A stretch of 64,000 nt of DNA from Paraspadella gotoi (lineage: Eukaryota > Animalia > Chaetognatha), in assembly GCA_051294375.1 (NCBI GenBank), contig JBJCIZ010000810.1:1-64000 (forward strand), read 5' to 3'. The notes under the pieces are model-generated. The model saw only the letters and a program-made list of their open reading frames with translations, was not told the origin of the DNA and searched no databases. Below, piece by piece: positions 1 to 14,618 of the stretch. The position numbers and the translations under genes were made by a program. Each line of letters opens with the position of its first letter. Positions within the stretch are counted from its first letter, which is position 1.

Positions 1-1245
1 GGAAAGCGAAGGAGATAAATTACGCGTTCGCCGGAGCGCCAAGCAATTTGAGTAGGGAAAGGTCAAGGTCAGGATGGCGATCGGGTGGGATGCCGCGGCG
101 CATGGAGGAGAAGCTGAACGGATTGCCAGCGTGAAATGAGTCATGATGGAGAGGAGAAGCACGCGGAAGTCCATTTCTGTTAAAATGCAGAGGTGGAAAT
201 GTCGTCGTCGACAGTGATGTCCATGAAGATGCTTGAATGGAAGAAAAACACCGTACGGCGTCGGCGGTGGAGATAGCGGAATTGGCATCCGGTACGGTGC
301 GGAGCGGGAGCCGGAGGTGTTGTCTAGCAACCTTTTCAAGCGCTGAGGATGTCGCGGGCATGGCGCGGAGGACTGACATCGTCCGCCCGCTACCGTCGCA
401 AGGTAGGCGCGAGGAAAGAACGCGCTCACTAGCGCTGATACGCCGGAAAAGTCGGAGACCTAGACGAAGGTGTGTGGACGTTGCGCAACAAGCACCGATG
501 AAGAGGGAAGCAAGGTCCGTAGGAGGTGCTAGTTAGCGGCGGCGAAATTCCTGCCATAGAGTGCGGAACGCCGCTCGTGAGAGCACGTAGGACTCGTACT
601 CTGTGAGAGGCGGTGAGCAGTAGCGAGGCGCGATCCGCGAAGTCTCATGTGGGCAAGAGAGAGCGCGGAAATGAGAGTGCCGGAAACATGGAGATAAGCG
701 CATGGAAGCTCCGTAAAGAGTTCGTCGACTCCATCTCAGTGAAGGCGATGAGGAGGAGATAGCGGTAGATTCGCGAAGTCTCATCAGCGGAAAGCAGAGA
801 GTCGCCATGGGAGATTGGGCGAGCATATCTCCAATGTAAAGTCGATAGTCAAGATGTAAAGAAACAATATTAGTAAACAAAATGGATTCCGGCGGTCGGC
901 TCCAACATCGGCGGCGGCTTTTTCTCCTAAGGGCCGGTATCAGTATCTTTTGTGGATGAGGCGGCGTCCGGCGCCTTGACAGTCAGAGAAACCGCGATTC
1001 TTCCTTCTTATTCAGCAGTTAGGAGAAATAAATCGAAGCAGACTGCTCCGGGGCAGGTAAGCGGCAGGTCCTGCTGTCGGTCGAGCTGGTGCCTGCCTGC
1101 TTTGGCGGGCCCGGGCCGATTCCGAGGCCGGGGAAAAGCGCGATGCAAAAAACTAAACGCTGCGACGACTGAAGTGCAAGAGTAAGGTCGCCGCGAGAGC
1201 GAAAACAGCGGCAAAGGTGAGAACGGGTTTGAGACATGCGCGAAA

Positions 1246-1520
1246 ATGGAATTCGAGGCAATGGAGGCAGCGGGCATCGTGCGCCGCTCCAACAGCCCTT
1301 GGGCGTCACCGCTCCACGTCGTCCCTAAACTGGACGGCAGCGTGCGCCCCTGTGGCGACTTCCGTCGTCTCAACTGCGCCTCAGACGATGATCGTTATCC
1401 AATTCCACGCCTGCGAGATTTCACGGCCAACCTTGCGGGTAAGACGATTTTCTCCAAAATCGATCTGGTGAAAGGCTACCACCAGATCCCGGTGGCACCG
1501 GAAGACATAAAAAAGACTGA
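1246..1520 (+). mobile_element. Ty3/gypsy LTR-retrotransposon reverse transcriptase fragment (N-terminal RT only)
   Basis: Translation EFEAMEAAGIVRRSNSPWASPLHVVPKLDGSVRPCGDFRRLN...RYPIP...IFSKIDLVKGYHQIPVAPEDIKKT is the typical gypsy RT N-terminus. It breaks off before the YxDD motif and joins sequence that is also present at about 371. Confidence 0.9.
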
Positions 1521-4249
1521 CATCGTCGCCCGCGCGTCGCAGGTGGCGCGAGGNNNNNNNNNNNNNNNNNNNNNNNNNAGGAATAGAAGAAAGAAGGAGA
1601 GATAGAGAAGAGAAAGGCAGATCGCCGTGGAATACACAGTTAGAAACGTTCTCACGGCAACAGATAGCTACGAGTTTTCGATAGGAAATAAAAATCGATC
1701 CGGTGTTGAAGGTGGTTGTGATGAGAAATAAAAGGTTGAACGTGAGTTAAAATGGAACTGTGAACTGGTCAAAGAGGAAGTGAGGAGGACGCTGAGGAAG
1801 AAGGGTGATGGAGATACAGAGTGGGCGTTTACGGTAAGAAGAAGATACTCATCTGGAAGTAGAAATCTCTTGAATTAGCGGGAGGAAGATGAGAATTGAT
1901 CACTATACTCCGCTGTCGAGGTTGTTTGTTCAACGCACACTACCTTACTGTTTTTCGGCCGAATATCACGATTAAATCACTTAATGTCATGCCTTGGTAA
2001 TCATATATCTTAGAGTAATCCTATTATGTAGTGTTTTGCTATATTGTAATTTAGTTACGAATCGAACGCGAAACCTTTTGCGTTCGTTTCCAATGAACTG
2101 CGTCCGGGATTTCGATCTTTCTTAGGCCACGGTTTCTTGGTTGTAATTTACAGCAGTGGAATGAGAGGAAAATTATTCCGATCCAATATTGAAACATATT
2201 CAGCATCCGAAAGTTTGTTCAAATATAGTGATACATTTTAGAGTCGACTATTTACTATCTTAACATCACTAGGCGATTCTAAGTGAACAAGAAATTTCGC
2301 CCAACAAAAGTCTTCTCTTGTCTGTCATTGTTCAGTCTATGATCTGCCTAATTCGTTAGGACTTTTTAAAAGGGGCGAAGTCACGACTACACAGGATCTA
2401 AAAATGAAAAATAATATATTATTGTGCAAATGAGTTCATACGTTAGCTTTAAGCCTTAAAACATAATCTAAAGAGAAAAAATTAATTCAATGTGAAAAGT
2501 TCATCGGCCAAATTTCATGTTTCATTACTAAATTTCTTCGTCCATACAAGCTCTCAGCTCAAAGTCTCCTATAAAACGATGTTTACAAGAGATGAACAAG
2601 TATGTTTTGAATACTAGCTATAGTTTGTGTAAAGTGGTCTTCATTGACTTGATAACTTTCCTTGACAAGGACATAATACTGCTACAGGCCAAAGACACGC
2701 GTTGGTATTTGAGTGACGAAAATCGAGACGCCAGAGGAAACGATAGGAGGCAGGTCCAAAGCAAAACGGCAATCAGCTAAGAAATGATAGAGGAACACTA
2801 AAGTCTCCAGGACCACAAAAGAGGACGAAGCCCCACGAGACTAGTGACAAGTAAGTTTAGAAGTTGTAAGTTAGAGAAGTGAAGTTAAAGTGGAAGTTAG
2901 TAAGTCCTGGCAAAGAATAACAAAACATTTAATACAAACTCAGGCAAATATATATATATAAAGTTTAAAGAACTTTCTTACTTGTTTCTAGAGGCCACAA
3001 ATAGTAACAAAAAGTTGCTTCATCATTCACAAGAAGAAATCCACCAATCATCCCAGAATTTCACCAACCTGGTAAATATTGTTCTCACAAACTAAGAGAG
3101 ATTCGCGAGATATTCTAGAGACTAGAAAGTGCAAGAATGAACAGATCTATTGGATCATATCGATAAATCCGTAATTAAAAATCTATCGAAAATCCGATGG
3201 AGAGGAGGAGGAGATCCGCCACGGAATCTGTACTTAAGTATATATATAAAAAAGTCTAAATCAAAGATGTCCTCCTGTAATCGCTGGAAAGCTGGCAACT
3301 TCTTGACGCTCAGTAAAAGGACAAAAGAGATGCGGGTAAACGGGTGGAGAAGCTGGATTTCTTCGTGATATAATAGATTAGTTATTTCGTCACCCCGCGC
3401 TATTTGGGCCCAACAGCAAAAGCATGTCAAATGACCTGAGCACAAATGGTCCAGCAGAAACTAGCATCCTAAAAATATCGGTTTTCGGCTAGAGTCCTAG
3501 GAAAGAGGAAAGGAGAAAATTTTAAAATGCTGATTAAACTGACAGGAAAAATATATAGCGCCAGGAACTTGTTAAGACCTTAAAAAGACACGTTGCATTA
3601 TTCCCTCAAAACAGAAACATTCCTCTTATAAAACGGTCGAACGGATTCAGACGGGTGTCATGATACAATCGACAGATCTCGACAACTGCCTCGTTGTAAG
3701 CCTGAAAACATTCGACCTGCACTTCCACATGCGTTTTTAAATCAAGTATCAATGACAGAGACGAAGGGGTACAAATTTTAAAAAAGATTAAAATTGTGAA
3801 CGAGATGGAAACAAAGCTACGATTAAGATTAATTCGTTAAATATACTTATATTTAACTCTTTCGTCCCTCTGCATAGCTCACGAACTTTGAGAAGTTCAA
3901 CCGTTGGGTAGCGATATCGGAGATGTAGCGCACAGAGCAGGCCGAAAGATATCACGCAGGCAGTGTTCAGGGCTATCAGTGAACTACCCCGCGGAAACAT
4001 TTGAGACCCGCATGTGGCGCTGCGTGGTGACTGTATCACGTCCTGACGAACGGATCGAACCTTCGTTCGTGTCCGCACCTATCACCAAAATACAACAACG
4101 ATTGTTCTGAACCAATTAGTACCCTTTGAGAGCGCACCGCGTGGCGACGCTTCGGTAAGCCGCAAGACCGACAAGTGTAAACAAAAAACACTAAAAAACT
4201 GCGACCTTCATTCTGACGAAATTCTTAAAAAACGTTTGCCGCTAACTGA

Positions 4250-5750
4250 AAAAGACACAATTTGCAAATCCTACGAAAAATTATTGACACACAAGGCAGG
4301 GGGAATGAAACCATTGAGAGCGTAAATATGCTGCATAAACTGACTGACCTAGACACTATAAAAATTCTCAATAGATCTAAGGATAACCTATCGTTCGGGC
4401 TATTATATAAAACATACTAGAAGCAAAACGCAAATAATATATAGCCTTATATCAGAAGTAACAGAAGCCAGTATAACTGAGAGCCCGGTGGCCGACTTTG
4501 AACGTTTGAATATATCCTAAATTAAACATATAGGTTCAGAAACGCGAAGACCCGGTTGTAATCTGAACAGCCCCGGTGGACCGAAGTCGATCCGGATCCG
4601 ACAATAGTTTTTCACCCGAAAGTCCGACGAGCAGTACAACCGACGTCCAGAAACAGATGAATATATAGTAAAGCAGGCACCAGAAAGCAGCCAGACAAGA
4701 TCGACTTAGGTAAAGGAAAAAATACCAGGCACGACAGAATGACCTATGAGGAACTACGATCCGAATTACCAAAATGGAACCATAAAGGTAAACTAATGGA
4801 TGACATATATCATAGCAATACATAGTGAAACGTATATATAACGAACGGCTTTAGTCACGAAATCCCATACTTTCTCTGCCCCCCGCAGGAACGAAAGTGC
4901 GGATACTCGAATGAATGACGGAGATAGAGACAAGCGAACGCCATACCGAAAACCCGCGACACACGCACACACCAAATCCGCGAAGCCTAAAAGGTGAGTT
5001 TCCAAGTGCACGAAAACGAAACGCGAAAGTCTCACCAGTAAAAAATCACTCCAAATACATCAATGTTCTCTTACCAGAGACAGCGGCAGGTACTAGCATA
5101 AAAGGATCGACACATACTTCAGGCACATCAGGCTAACCGTCGCGCACTACATGACATCCTTCAACGATCTATGAATGAAGACATCCGAGCGAAAGACCAA
5201 AATTTATGAAGATTCTGCGAGACATAGCTCGTCTCCTTACAATGTTAGTATGTATGAATCAACCGGTGACTTCAACCGAACACCGAAACCTTAGATGAGC
5301 CTACGGGAAATGCTAAAACCTTGAGCACGTACATACACAAACTACTCCAATACTTGGGCATCAACATTTCGCATTGTACCCACACGCACGTCAAGGCCTT
5401 ACTACAACACATCTATTTCATGACATAATGCATATGCACAAGCTCTACCAATTCCATGTGCATCAGAGTTGGCAACACAGAAAAAAATCTTAAACTAACT
5501 AAAAACGAATCAATACCTAACAAATACTACCGGAAAAATACGTACACCTAAAAATCCCATACCAACTAAGAAATTTAATCAGTAATCTAAATGCGTTTAA
5601 AGGAAGTTGACTTTATTGGCCTATCGTTATTTATTGGCTTAAGCATCCGAATGCCGAGCACAATGCAATATTTCGGCAAGTAAACCACTCCAGACTACCC
5701 CGATGGGGCGAGACCTCAAACCCTGCCAAAAAGCAAAACAAAAGCAATAA
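4250..5750 (+). mobile_element. Heavily degraded non-LTR retrotransposon (LINE) remnant
   Basis: Scattered frameshifted motifs: APE-like KILN..TY (about 4360-4400), RT-like QYLGI (about 5348) and C-terminal NLNAFK (about 5584), followed by an A-rich tail. Sequence quality is poor. Confidence 0.35.
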
Positions 5751-8700
5751 CATGATAAGCTCTTTATTGTCGCGTTGGTCTCCCTGTTCCAGCATCTCCG
5801 CTGCTTATCATTATAATATTATATAGGAGAGAACAAAAAATGAGACGTACAAAGTCGAACGATTACAAACAGTTCACTTGCAACGACGAGAACCGCATCA
5901 CAAAACGTAAGGAGCGGGTAAGTACTTAATAAAAGGGTTTTTCGGTAAGGTGTCGCTTTACGCGGAGAGCAGAGAGGATCTAGAGATTACAAAGCAACAC
6001 ACCTTCCGTTATCGAATTTCGAAAAACTTCGGAGCTTCCCGACGACTTTTTCCCAACACAACTTTGAATGAAGCATGGCTATACCGCTAGGAAGCCGTCC
6101 GCCTGTAGCGGGACGCGCAGGGAGATCTCAGTCAATAGGAGTTCTATTTATTCGAGGGCGTTGTTACGCTTCCGAAAGCGAACTCACAATGTTGTAATTT
6201 TTTGCCGTCACTGCACGAAACTAGTCCGTCAAGGAAACACTTTTTACGAAAATTGGAGCGCATCGAAAATGATACAGATAAAAGCGATAAAAATATTAGG
6301 GGCAAACTAATGATAATAAAAGTAAAGAAAACGCTTTATATATCCTTATCCTACTCTATTTTGTCGCTCTCCTCTGGAGCTACAAAAAATAAGACAGAAC
6401 TAAAATAAATAACAAAAAATGGGACGAATGGGGTGGTTTTTAAGCAGTGGGTGGTTTGCACACCCTCCGAAGAGGGTTTCGTCTTTCCGTCTTGTCCTGG
6501 TCGGCGAAAGACACGCTTTGGCGAAGGCGTTGGTTTTTGTCCTCTCTCCTCACTCAACCAAAAAACCTTGACCTTGACTCATTTACCCTTTTTTCTCAAC
6601 CTATACAAAAAAACCCTGGAATCTATGAACCAACAACGTACAATGTGTGACGACGTCAGTTCATAATAAAAAAAAACTAAAAATACACTTGTAAATTTCG
6701 TGGGTTAAGGACTTAAATACTAAACAAAAATCGAAAAACCATTAAATTTTCTTAAAAAAACGAACAAAAGTATTTTTTAAAAAGCTAAATATTTCATAAA
6801 AAATACTAAATTTTCAATTGAAAAATGGCCGTACCTTACCGCACAAGAACCGGAGAGGAAATGTAGAGCCTGTTCGCACAAAAAGAAAAAAAAATTTTCA
6901 AAAAAAAATTTAGCAAAAAACATAACAAAGGGAGAACTACGTCGTAGTTAATTTGTAATAGCCATTGGGGAGAAAATCGGGGGGATAATAGTTCAGGCAA
7001 ATATTCGTTTGATCACTCGCCGAGCGTAAAGTCGCGGAAAGATCTCTGGGAAAAAGGCATCGAATGGGTAAATAAACTTATCATTACCGCAAGTTAGATT
7101 CGAGGCCGTACGATCGATTTGAAAGGTTCGAGGGTATAACTGCCGAAGAACCAAAGAGAGGTACTGTTGAGTATATTACGAAAAAAATATAATATTACTC
7201 AAAAAAACTAATATTTATCTAAACTAAAAAATATTAAGAAAAACGTAAGAATACATTAATTATTTCCGATGTTCGCTGCATCAAGTTCCAGCAGACCAAC
7301 AACGCAACTTTTACATTCCGTAGCCTCAGCCCGTAACCGCGCCGATCCGAGGTCCACTACGAACCGGAAGTCATGTCATAGGATCGTCGCTGAAACCGGG
7401 ATGTTAACGAGCAATGAAACAACGAAAACAATGTCATGTAAATTGTAACGGGAGCCATCGACGATGCATCAGAAACGATCGATGGCCGCGTTACTAAAAA
7501 TTCCTTTACATAAACAAAAAATTCTAAAAAATTCCGCATACTTGAAAAAGGCAAAAATAGAGATTTCGAAAAACAAGTCCAAGTTATATCGAATGGTCAA
7601 ACGAGAGAGGCTGGTACGGGCCGACTACACGCTACAACGAATAAAAGCCTCCACGAACCTCCCCGCCAGCCCATGAAAAAACACCCCTCAGCGATGTTTT
7701 GTTTACCAAAGAGAGACCGGACGTCAAAGTAAACAAAACAAGCGAGACTCCGTCACAAAGGCGCCCCCATCGCGATCAGTCGAACATGGTGCAGAAATTC
7801 GAATAAACAATAAATAAATCATGAGTAATGAAAATAAAAAAATAAAAACGGCTTTTGAACGGCACCTCCCATAAAAAGATTTGCCCAAAGTGCAGAAAGA
7901 AATAGGATCCGCCTTTTGAACGCGACTGAAAGAAAATGATTATAAATAACGTTTGATCGCCGCGTTTTACAGGAATCGAATCCGTATTTTGAAGTCCCAA
8001 CCCTTTATCCCTCCACAGGAGAATCCGAATTTCCATTCGAATTGTAAACAAAACCAGAAAAACAGAAGAAACGAAATAATAACTATCTAATTAAATGAAA
8101 ATAGTTAAGATATTAAAAAGAAAGACGAGCTTTTTCAGCTCACAGAAAAGAAAAAGCCTCTAGAAAGGGCTTAGAGCGCAATCGGAATTTAAAGTTAAAA
8201 AATAGCCTAAGCCTCAGTGCGCGGGGACCTGTTTAACATTTAGAGAGTACGCGAAAAAGAGCCAAGCCTGACTCGCGCTCTTGACGGAGTTTAATTCATA
8301 AGAAAATGAAAAATATAATATAAAAAATTATAATAATTCATTTCAAAAATTATCCGTTAATAATTAAAACGGCCGGATATTTATAAAAAATCTCTAAATA
8401 ATTTTTACTTTTAAAAAACGCCGTAAGCAAATCAAAAAAACGAAAAAACTTTATTCTTTTCGCGATGGGGGCCATCGCTAAAAAAGTGAAAAACTCTGCG
8501 CCCCAACAATTTTTTATAACAAAAAAAAATTGTCCGGCCGTAGAGCGGGTCACGGACACAAAAAAAACGAAAAAATTGTCCGGCGTAAAAGACGGACGCG
8601 ACACAAAAAAAAATATATATATTTAAAATGAAAAACTCTGTCTGGCCGTAGTAGCGGACGGCAGACACTACACGAAACCCACATCTCCATTGAAAGAAGT

Positions 8701-11700
8701 TTACTGAGACGCCGTCAGATGCATTTCCAGAGGAAACCATGACCTACCTGGCGATCAAGAGCCGGATCCTTGAGTTCATTTAAACTAAAAAATAGGCACA
8801 TGGTATATAAAAAAAAAGAAAATAAACCTAAAACGTCATTACAATGTGCGAAGACAAGTGTGGATTATACTACTCAGCCTAGGTAATTAATAATCAAAAG
8901 CAAACACTTTAACGACTTTTACCTTATCAATAAGCACATTTATAATTGTTTCGGATCGCAATCAAAAGTGAAGCAATGCGCGTAAATATTACCCATTATC
9001 GTGGCCGCATACAGTGTAACCATAGAAAAACAGGTTAAGTAAATTACGAAACATTAACCACCCATATTTAAAAACAGCTCAGTGGTTTAACAGGGGAGGG
9101 AGCTTCCGTACACCCCAAACCTCAAACAATGATTCTATGTGCCGGTACTAAGATCTTAGCCCGCCATATCTCCATAAGGAGGGTAGGGCTGTATAGCTAA
9201 CCCCGTCCGCAAATAACCTAAAAAAAAAAATAAAAAACAGTTCTCAAGATTCCCTGCCGGGACCCGCGGACACCAAGGCTGCCCACTAAAAGAGAGAGAG
9301 CACGACGGCCGATGGAACTGCAACGCCGCCTTCTCTCAAGCTGTCGACGACCGGACGGAGGACCTATTCCAATCCGGCGATGGGGCATCGGACTAAAGGG
9401 TCCAACGAAGGGCTCTTCCAACGCCTCCGCAATCCTCTCATCAACAGCGTCACTAGGGGCTATGACGGACCCCTTCTATACAACGCTTCTGCCATCCGCC
9501 AGTGCGCAAGCGCAAAACGCCTCCCGTGCGTCCTCATGCAAATCTCGCCCCACCTCGGCAAGATCCGGACTTAAACAGGTCGCACACGCTCACCAGCAGG
9601 GCCTCGGGAATCTGCAAAACAACGCATCTGCGAGACCCGCAGATCCTTCCGGGCTCTCTAACATCTGCGTGCCTGCCTGCAAATTCCGCGAAAACGTCCG
9701 CCGACGTCGAAAGCGCTGCTTTCGTCGTGCGGAACACGATTTAAGTGGCGCTGCATTTTGAAAACTTTGTAAATTTTTTTAAAAAAGGAAAAAAGGAGAA
9801 AAAGATAAGGGACCAGCCGCTAAACAGCCGGCGACGTCCACATGCAAAACCCTTAAGGTGAGGCAATGTACAAAAATTTTTTCTTTTTTTCCGAAAAAAT
9901 CTACAAACGTCGCGTTCAGCTTCGAAAATGAGCAGAGGTCTGCATTTGACGTAACGTAAACGAAAGATACGAACATAATTCGGTAATAAACGGTTACAAA
10001 CTGTACGCCAAAATCCGCCAATTTGATCTTACTATAAAAGGATGAAATTCGTACTAAAAAATTAATGGCAAATGAGATCAATTAGAAAATTCAATTTTTA
10101 ACCGTTCAAATCTGAAGAAAAATTTTTGAATAGGGACTGCACTTACAAAAAACGCGAAAATAAATAAAATAAATTAAATTTTTTTAAAAAACCCTAACTT
10201 CGCAAGCACTTAAATTAATAAACCATAAACTCTTAAATAATGTAGCTAACCAAAACAAAACAGGATCTGAAGAACCATAGTCTTAGAACAACAATAATAG
10301 GATCAGCACCGATAATGAAAGTGCAATCTAAAAATAGATTCTAATCAGTAATTTTCTGGTTAGGTACACTCCCTATAGGGGAATCTGCGGCCGAAGCGAA
10401 ACTAAGCAAAATTGGGGACAAACGAAATTTTCGTTTTTCGGCCGCGAAGGCCTCTGGTAAAATAAAACATCGGAAATGCATAGCAATAAAATGGAAAAGG
10501 CATCACAAAGAGTTTAATGATCTTTGGAGGGACGAGCGTATTTGTATTAATTTTAACTTTTCTCGTCTGACTGCCAAAACTGACGAATTTAGATCGCCGA
10601 TGAAGATTATTCCTTCTCGGTCGCACGAGCGCGCGCCCGCACGTGGTGTCGTTGCTGAAGCACCCTTGCACTAACGCCAGGCCTCCACCAAGGTACGTAC
10701 ACAATATATGAGTCTACGTCGATCGGGGACAAGCACCTGGCGACACACAATACGCAGATCTGGGCGGATGGGGAAATGGAGAAGTAGCTGGCGTTAAAGG
10801 TAGGAAATCATTGGCATCTGCCAAGACGATTGGAATTGTTTGCACGTTTCGTCTCGGAGGCGGAGCCGAGAAGGCCAAAGAGGGCGTCGACCAGCGCATT
10901 CACCGACTGACCCCCGCCCGTCGAGCGAAGGAGAACGACCATAACGAAGAGGCGAATCTTTTCCAAAGTAAGATTCCATGAACCGAAAGTTTTTAGAATA
11001 ACAATTAGCGAAAGAGGCGATTCGCTGTCGTCAGATTATCGACGTTGTAAAAGATTCGAGGAAAGGCATTGAACCGCAGACACGGTGAATGGATTAAAAA
11101 CACGCGCGCAAAGCGAAAGCAGTTTATTCTTAGCATACATCACGAAATCAGCGAAGACACACTCGGGCGTGACTGAAAGAAGGGAGAAACGACGAGGAGG
11201 CGCCGAGCGCCGCTGATGTCTCGGCGAGTCAAACACCCGGAAGATCTTTGGGTTTCCATGGAGACCCGACTGACTTTTTGTAATTCGGCCACAGTCGAGG
11301 TTCCGCGGCAATCGCAAAGAAAAATTCAGTCCGCATCAGATGGAACAATCCATTATCACACATTTTTTTTTTTTCCGAAAGGGGACTGGACCAATTGCAA
11401 CATCAGGTCACGGCATCTCCATTCGTCCACGACCCAGGAAATCAATATCGGGTTCGCAGATATTCAATTGTTTTGAAAAACGGGAAAAAAACGCGACTTT
11501 TAATCCCGAATTTGTACTTGAAGATCGGTTTAGACAAAATTCGTCGGCAACAGAAACAACTCGAAAAAAGTCTGAACCAAATGGTAAGACGAAATTGGCG
11601 GCAATTGAGAGATACCCACTCGCAAGTTACATAAAGGTCGACGATTCGGCGACGATTCAAATTGACGCCGGTGCTCAAAATTTGGAGGACATCGATAAAG

Positions 11701-12509
11701 AAGCGCATTCCCCGGCGTGAAATTGTAATGGATAAGCTGGTCGCAGATCCAGAGAAAAATCTCGATGGAAGTGAGTTTCACTACTTTTTGCCGCTCTTTG
11801 CCGTTGACAAAACGTATCGTCGACAGATTTTGCTACCGCAAACAATAAGAGTCATCGACGCACGTTGATTTAGATATGCAATGTATCTGCGCCGTTCGTG
11901 GCATTTTTTAATCATATTGTTTATATCGAGCCGAAGTAGGATGATGTAAATATTGCGCATGCAAAAATTTCAAAGTCAATCGTCAACCGCGTTTAGAAAT
12001 CGGCGAGGCAAAAACCCGCCGTTTTTCGTGCCTCTTCGCAAAACAAGATTCGCGATCGAAATAATTTTTTTGGTTCGCACTCAAACGTTTGAACTAAGGC
12101 GCGTCGCTTCGTGAGTTCTTTTTTATTTAAGGCCGCGAACGATCGAGCGACAGGAAGCCGGTAGCGAAAATGGCTCGTTGGGTCCTAATATTAATTTTTT
12201 AAACAAATAGCCGAATAACGTTAATTACAAATTAATTAAGATAAATGAATTCGCAGACAAATAAGAGGAAACTCAAACTTTTTAATTCAACTAATAAATC
12301 AAACATGTGTGTTGCAGAGGACAGGAATTTTAAGTACAACAAACCGCTTTTGAACGAATATGGTTATCGAATCCCTTCTTTTCCGATGACGGAGCAGCGA
12401 ATTTCTCTCAGAGGCAACAGAGAAATAACCCAAGATCGACCTTTATGTTAGCACTTACACAAAGCTTTTTCTATTTTCTATTAACTATTATAAAAAAAAA
12501 CTAGCCAGC

Positions 12510-13347
12510 AATCGTAGGACGTGGATAGCGGCTCGCGAAAGTCTCCATAGCGGTGCGGGTAAGAGAGAGTCGGCCGATGGGAGATCTGACAGTCTCCCAT
12601 GTAAGTCGATAGTCAGATGTAAAGAAATATTGTAAAAAGATGGATTCCGGGGATGCCGACAATCGCGGCTGGCTTTTTTCCTCCTTAGGCAGGGTATCAG
12701 TTCCTGTTTGATCGGGCGGCGTCGGCGCTTTGAAGTCGAGAAACCGCGATTCTTCTTTACTTTTAGCGTCGAAATCAATCGAAGCAGCTGGCGGTAAGCG
12801 GCGAGGGTCGCTGCGTGGGAGCGGTGCTAGCTGCTGGCGGGCCGGGCCCGATCCGAGGCCGGGGAAAACGCGCGATGCAAAAACTAACGCTGCGACGACT
12901 GAAGTGCAAGAGTAAGGTCGCCGACGAGAGCGAAAACAGCGGCAAAGGTGGAGAACGGTTTTGACGACAGTTGGCGCGAAAATGGAATTCGGGCAATGGA
13001 GGCAAAGCGGCATCGTGCGCCGCTCCAACAGCCCTTTGGGCGTCAACGCGCTCCACGTAGTCCCTAAACTGGACGGCAGCGTGCGCCCTGTGGCGACTTC
13101 CGTCGTCTCACTGCGCCTCAGACGATGATCGTTATCCAATTCCACGCCTGCGAGATTTTCACGCCAACCTTGGCGGGTAGACGATTTTCTCGCAAAATCG
13201 ATCTGGTGAAAGGCTTACCACAGATCCGCGGTGGCACCGAAAAGACCTAAAAAGAGCTGACATCGTCGCCCGCGCGTCGCAGGTGGGCGCGAGGAAAGAA
13301 CGCGCTGTCACTGGCGATACCCGGAAAAGTCGGAGACCTAGACGAAG
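12510..13347 (+). repeat. Duplicate of the GC-rich block at about 760-1553, continuing into sequence seen at about 375-468
   Basis: Direct sequence identity, e.g. 'aacgctgcgacgactgaagtgcaagagtaaggtcgcc' in both blocks and 'ccggaaaagtcggagacctagacgaag' at about 443 and about 13321. Confidence 0.85.
12975..13260 (+). mobile_element. Second, frameshifted copy of the gypsy RT fragment
   Basis: Near-identical to 1240-1520 apart from many 1-bp indels, with the same flanking junctions on both sides. Confidence 0.85.
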
Positions 13348-13367
13348 ATTCGTTGATTTGCTGTCAT

Positions 13368-13548
13368 ATGAAATTGGTACAACCAATATAAAAAATTATC
13401 CATTCATTTAATAAATAAGCTATCTTGCCCCTGACTTTGGACAGACTTTGGTGGTTTAAGGCCTCCATCACTCTTACAAGATAATGACATAGCAGGTCCC
13501 TGCAAGCTTTCAATCAAGACTCTCTCACAGTCTCGTTTATTCACTATA
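13368..13548 (-). mobile_element. 5'-truncated retroelement 3' end, probably Penelope-like
   Basis: Shares a fixed terminus 'atgaaattggtacaaccaatataaaaa' with 14749-14988, 15161-15203 and 36622-36664. The other end varies in length, and this copy abuts a (TA)n tract. Confidence 0.5.
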
Positions 13549-13657
13549 TTATTTATATATATATATATATATTATATATATTTCTTGTTTCTGTCAGAAA
13601 TTCTGACATTCGCTCGTATTCTCTCCGCTTCATTGGGAAATTGTTGAGGATCAAAAA

Positions 13658-13802
13658 TTTTACTTTCGCCGACCGCGGTTTTGGCGGCTTTTGGAAAACC
13701 ACTTAAAATATTTATTTTTTAAAAACGAATTTTAAATAAATATTCCCTAATTACCCTAACCCTAAACCCATTTAACCCTAACTCCGGTCGGCGAAAGTAA
13801 AA
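13658..13802. mobile_element. MITE with 18-bp inverted repeats and internal (CCCTAA)-like repeats
   Basis: ttttactttcgccgaccg at 13658-13675 and its reverse complement at 13785-13802. An internally deleted palindromic relative is at 41184-41231. Confidence 0.7.
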
Positions 13803-14618
13803 ATAAAAATAGTAAAAAGTAAAAATATACACACGAAAATTTTAATAATTAAACTACACATTTGTCATAACTACGCTACATTTACAAGAAAAATAAATCT
13901 GGCTAGCTGGATGACTCAGCGGTCAGGATCGGGATAAACAGAAACGACGACGATAATTTTAGGAGTTGGAGGAAGCAGTTAAAGGTGAGAAGCGACGACG
14001 AAAGGAATGACGCATGAAACGACGATGGAAGCAGCGTGTGTTTGAGTCCGCTGCATCAGGAGCCGCCGGAAAGGGGGCTTCGATGGAAAGCTGGTAGATT
14101 ATATTTTATACCATACTATAGTCCAGCCACCAATATTGTGCATAAAAGAAAGCTGTCTTCACCAGCTTGCCCGAATTTCCCATCCCAGATCTTTGTATTA
14201 GCCAACCGTTGTAGCTTTTGTGCAATACTCTTGTAGCAGCTTTGATGGCTGATTTGTTCACTTCAATGAAAATTAATTTCTTATTATTTGACAATAAAAA
14301 AGATTGATTTAAACTTATAATTCTTATTAAAGTATTCAATCCACATTTGACAAACAAAATAAAAAATGTAACAATATTAGGATGAAGATATCAAAAATCC
14401 GATTTTAATAATCACAAAATGGAAGTTTTAATTGTTGAGCCGCAGTGATTAATATGCAAACATTTACAGAGGATAACGTCACTCCTTATTTAAAAATAAA
14501 TACAAAATTTTCTATATTTCATTACTTCTATATTAAGTAAAACAACCATATTGGTACGCAAAATATGCCACTTTTACTTTCTGAGCATAAACCTTTCTTT
14601 TGGTGGTTGACTAAACAA

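Noticed and set aside
6820-8175. piggyBac-like transposase remnant (xLP...QRCFV near 7655-7705)
   Set aside because: Too indel-ridden to confirm catalytic motifs, and no clean TTAA-CCC ends.
9300-9720. MULE-like transposase fragment (DGT, MTD, KRLPC) or the 149-aa ORF as a gene
   Set aside because: Motifs appear only after assuming several frameshifts in low-quality sequence.
10600-11870. Harbinger/ISL2EU-like transposase remnant
   Set aside because: Only faint resemblance; none of the listed ORFs gives a convincing motif.
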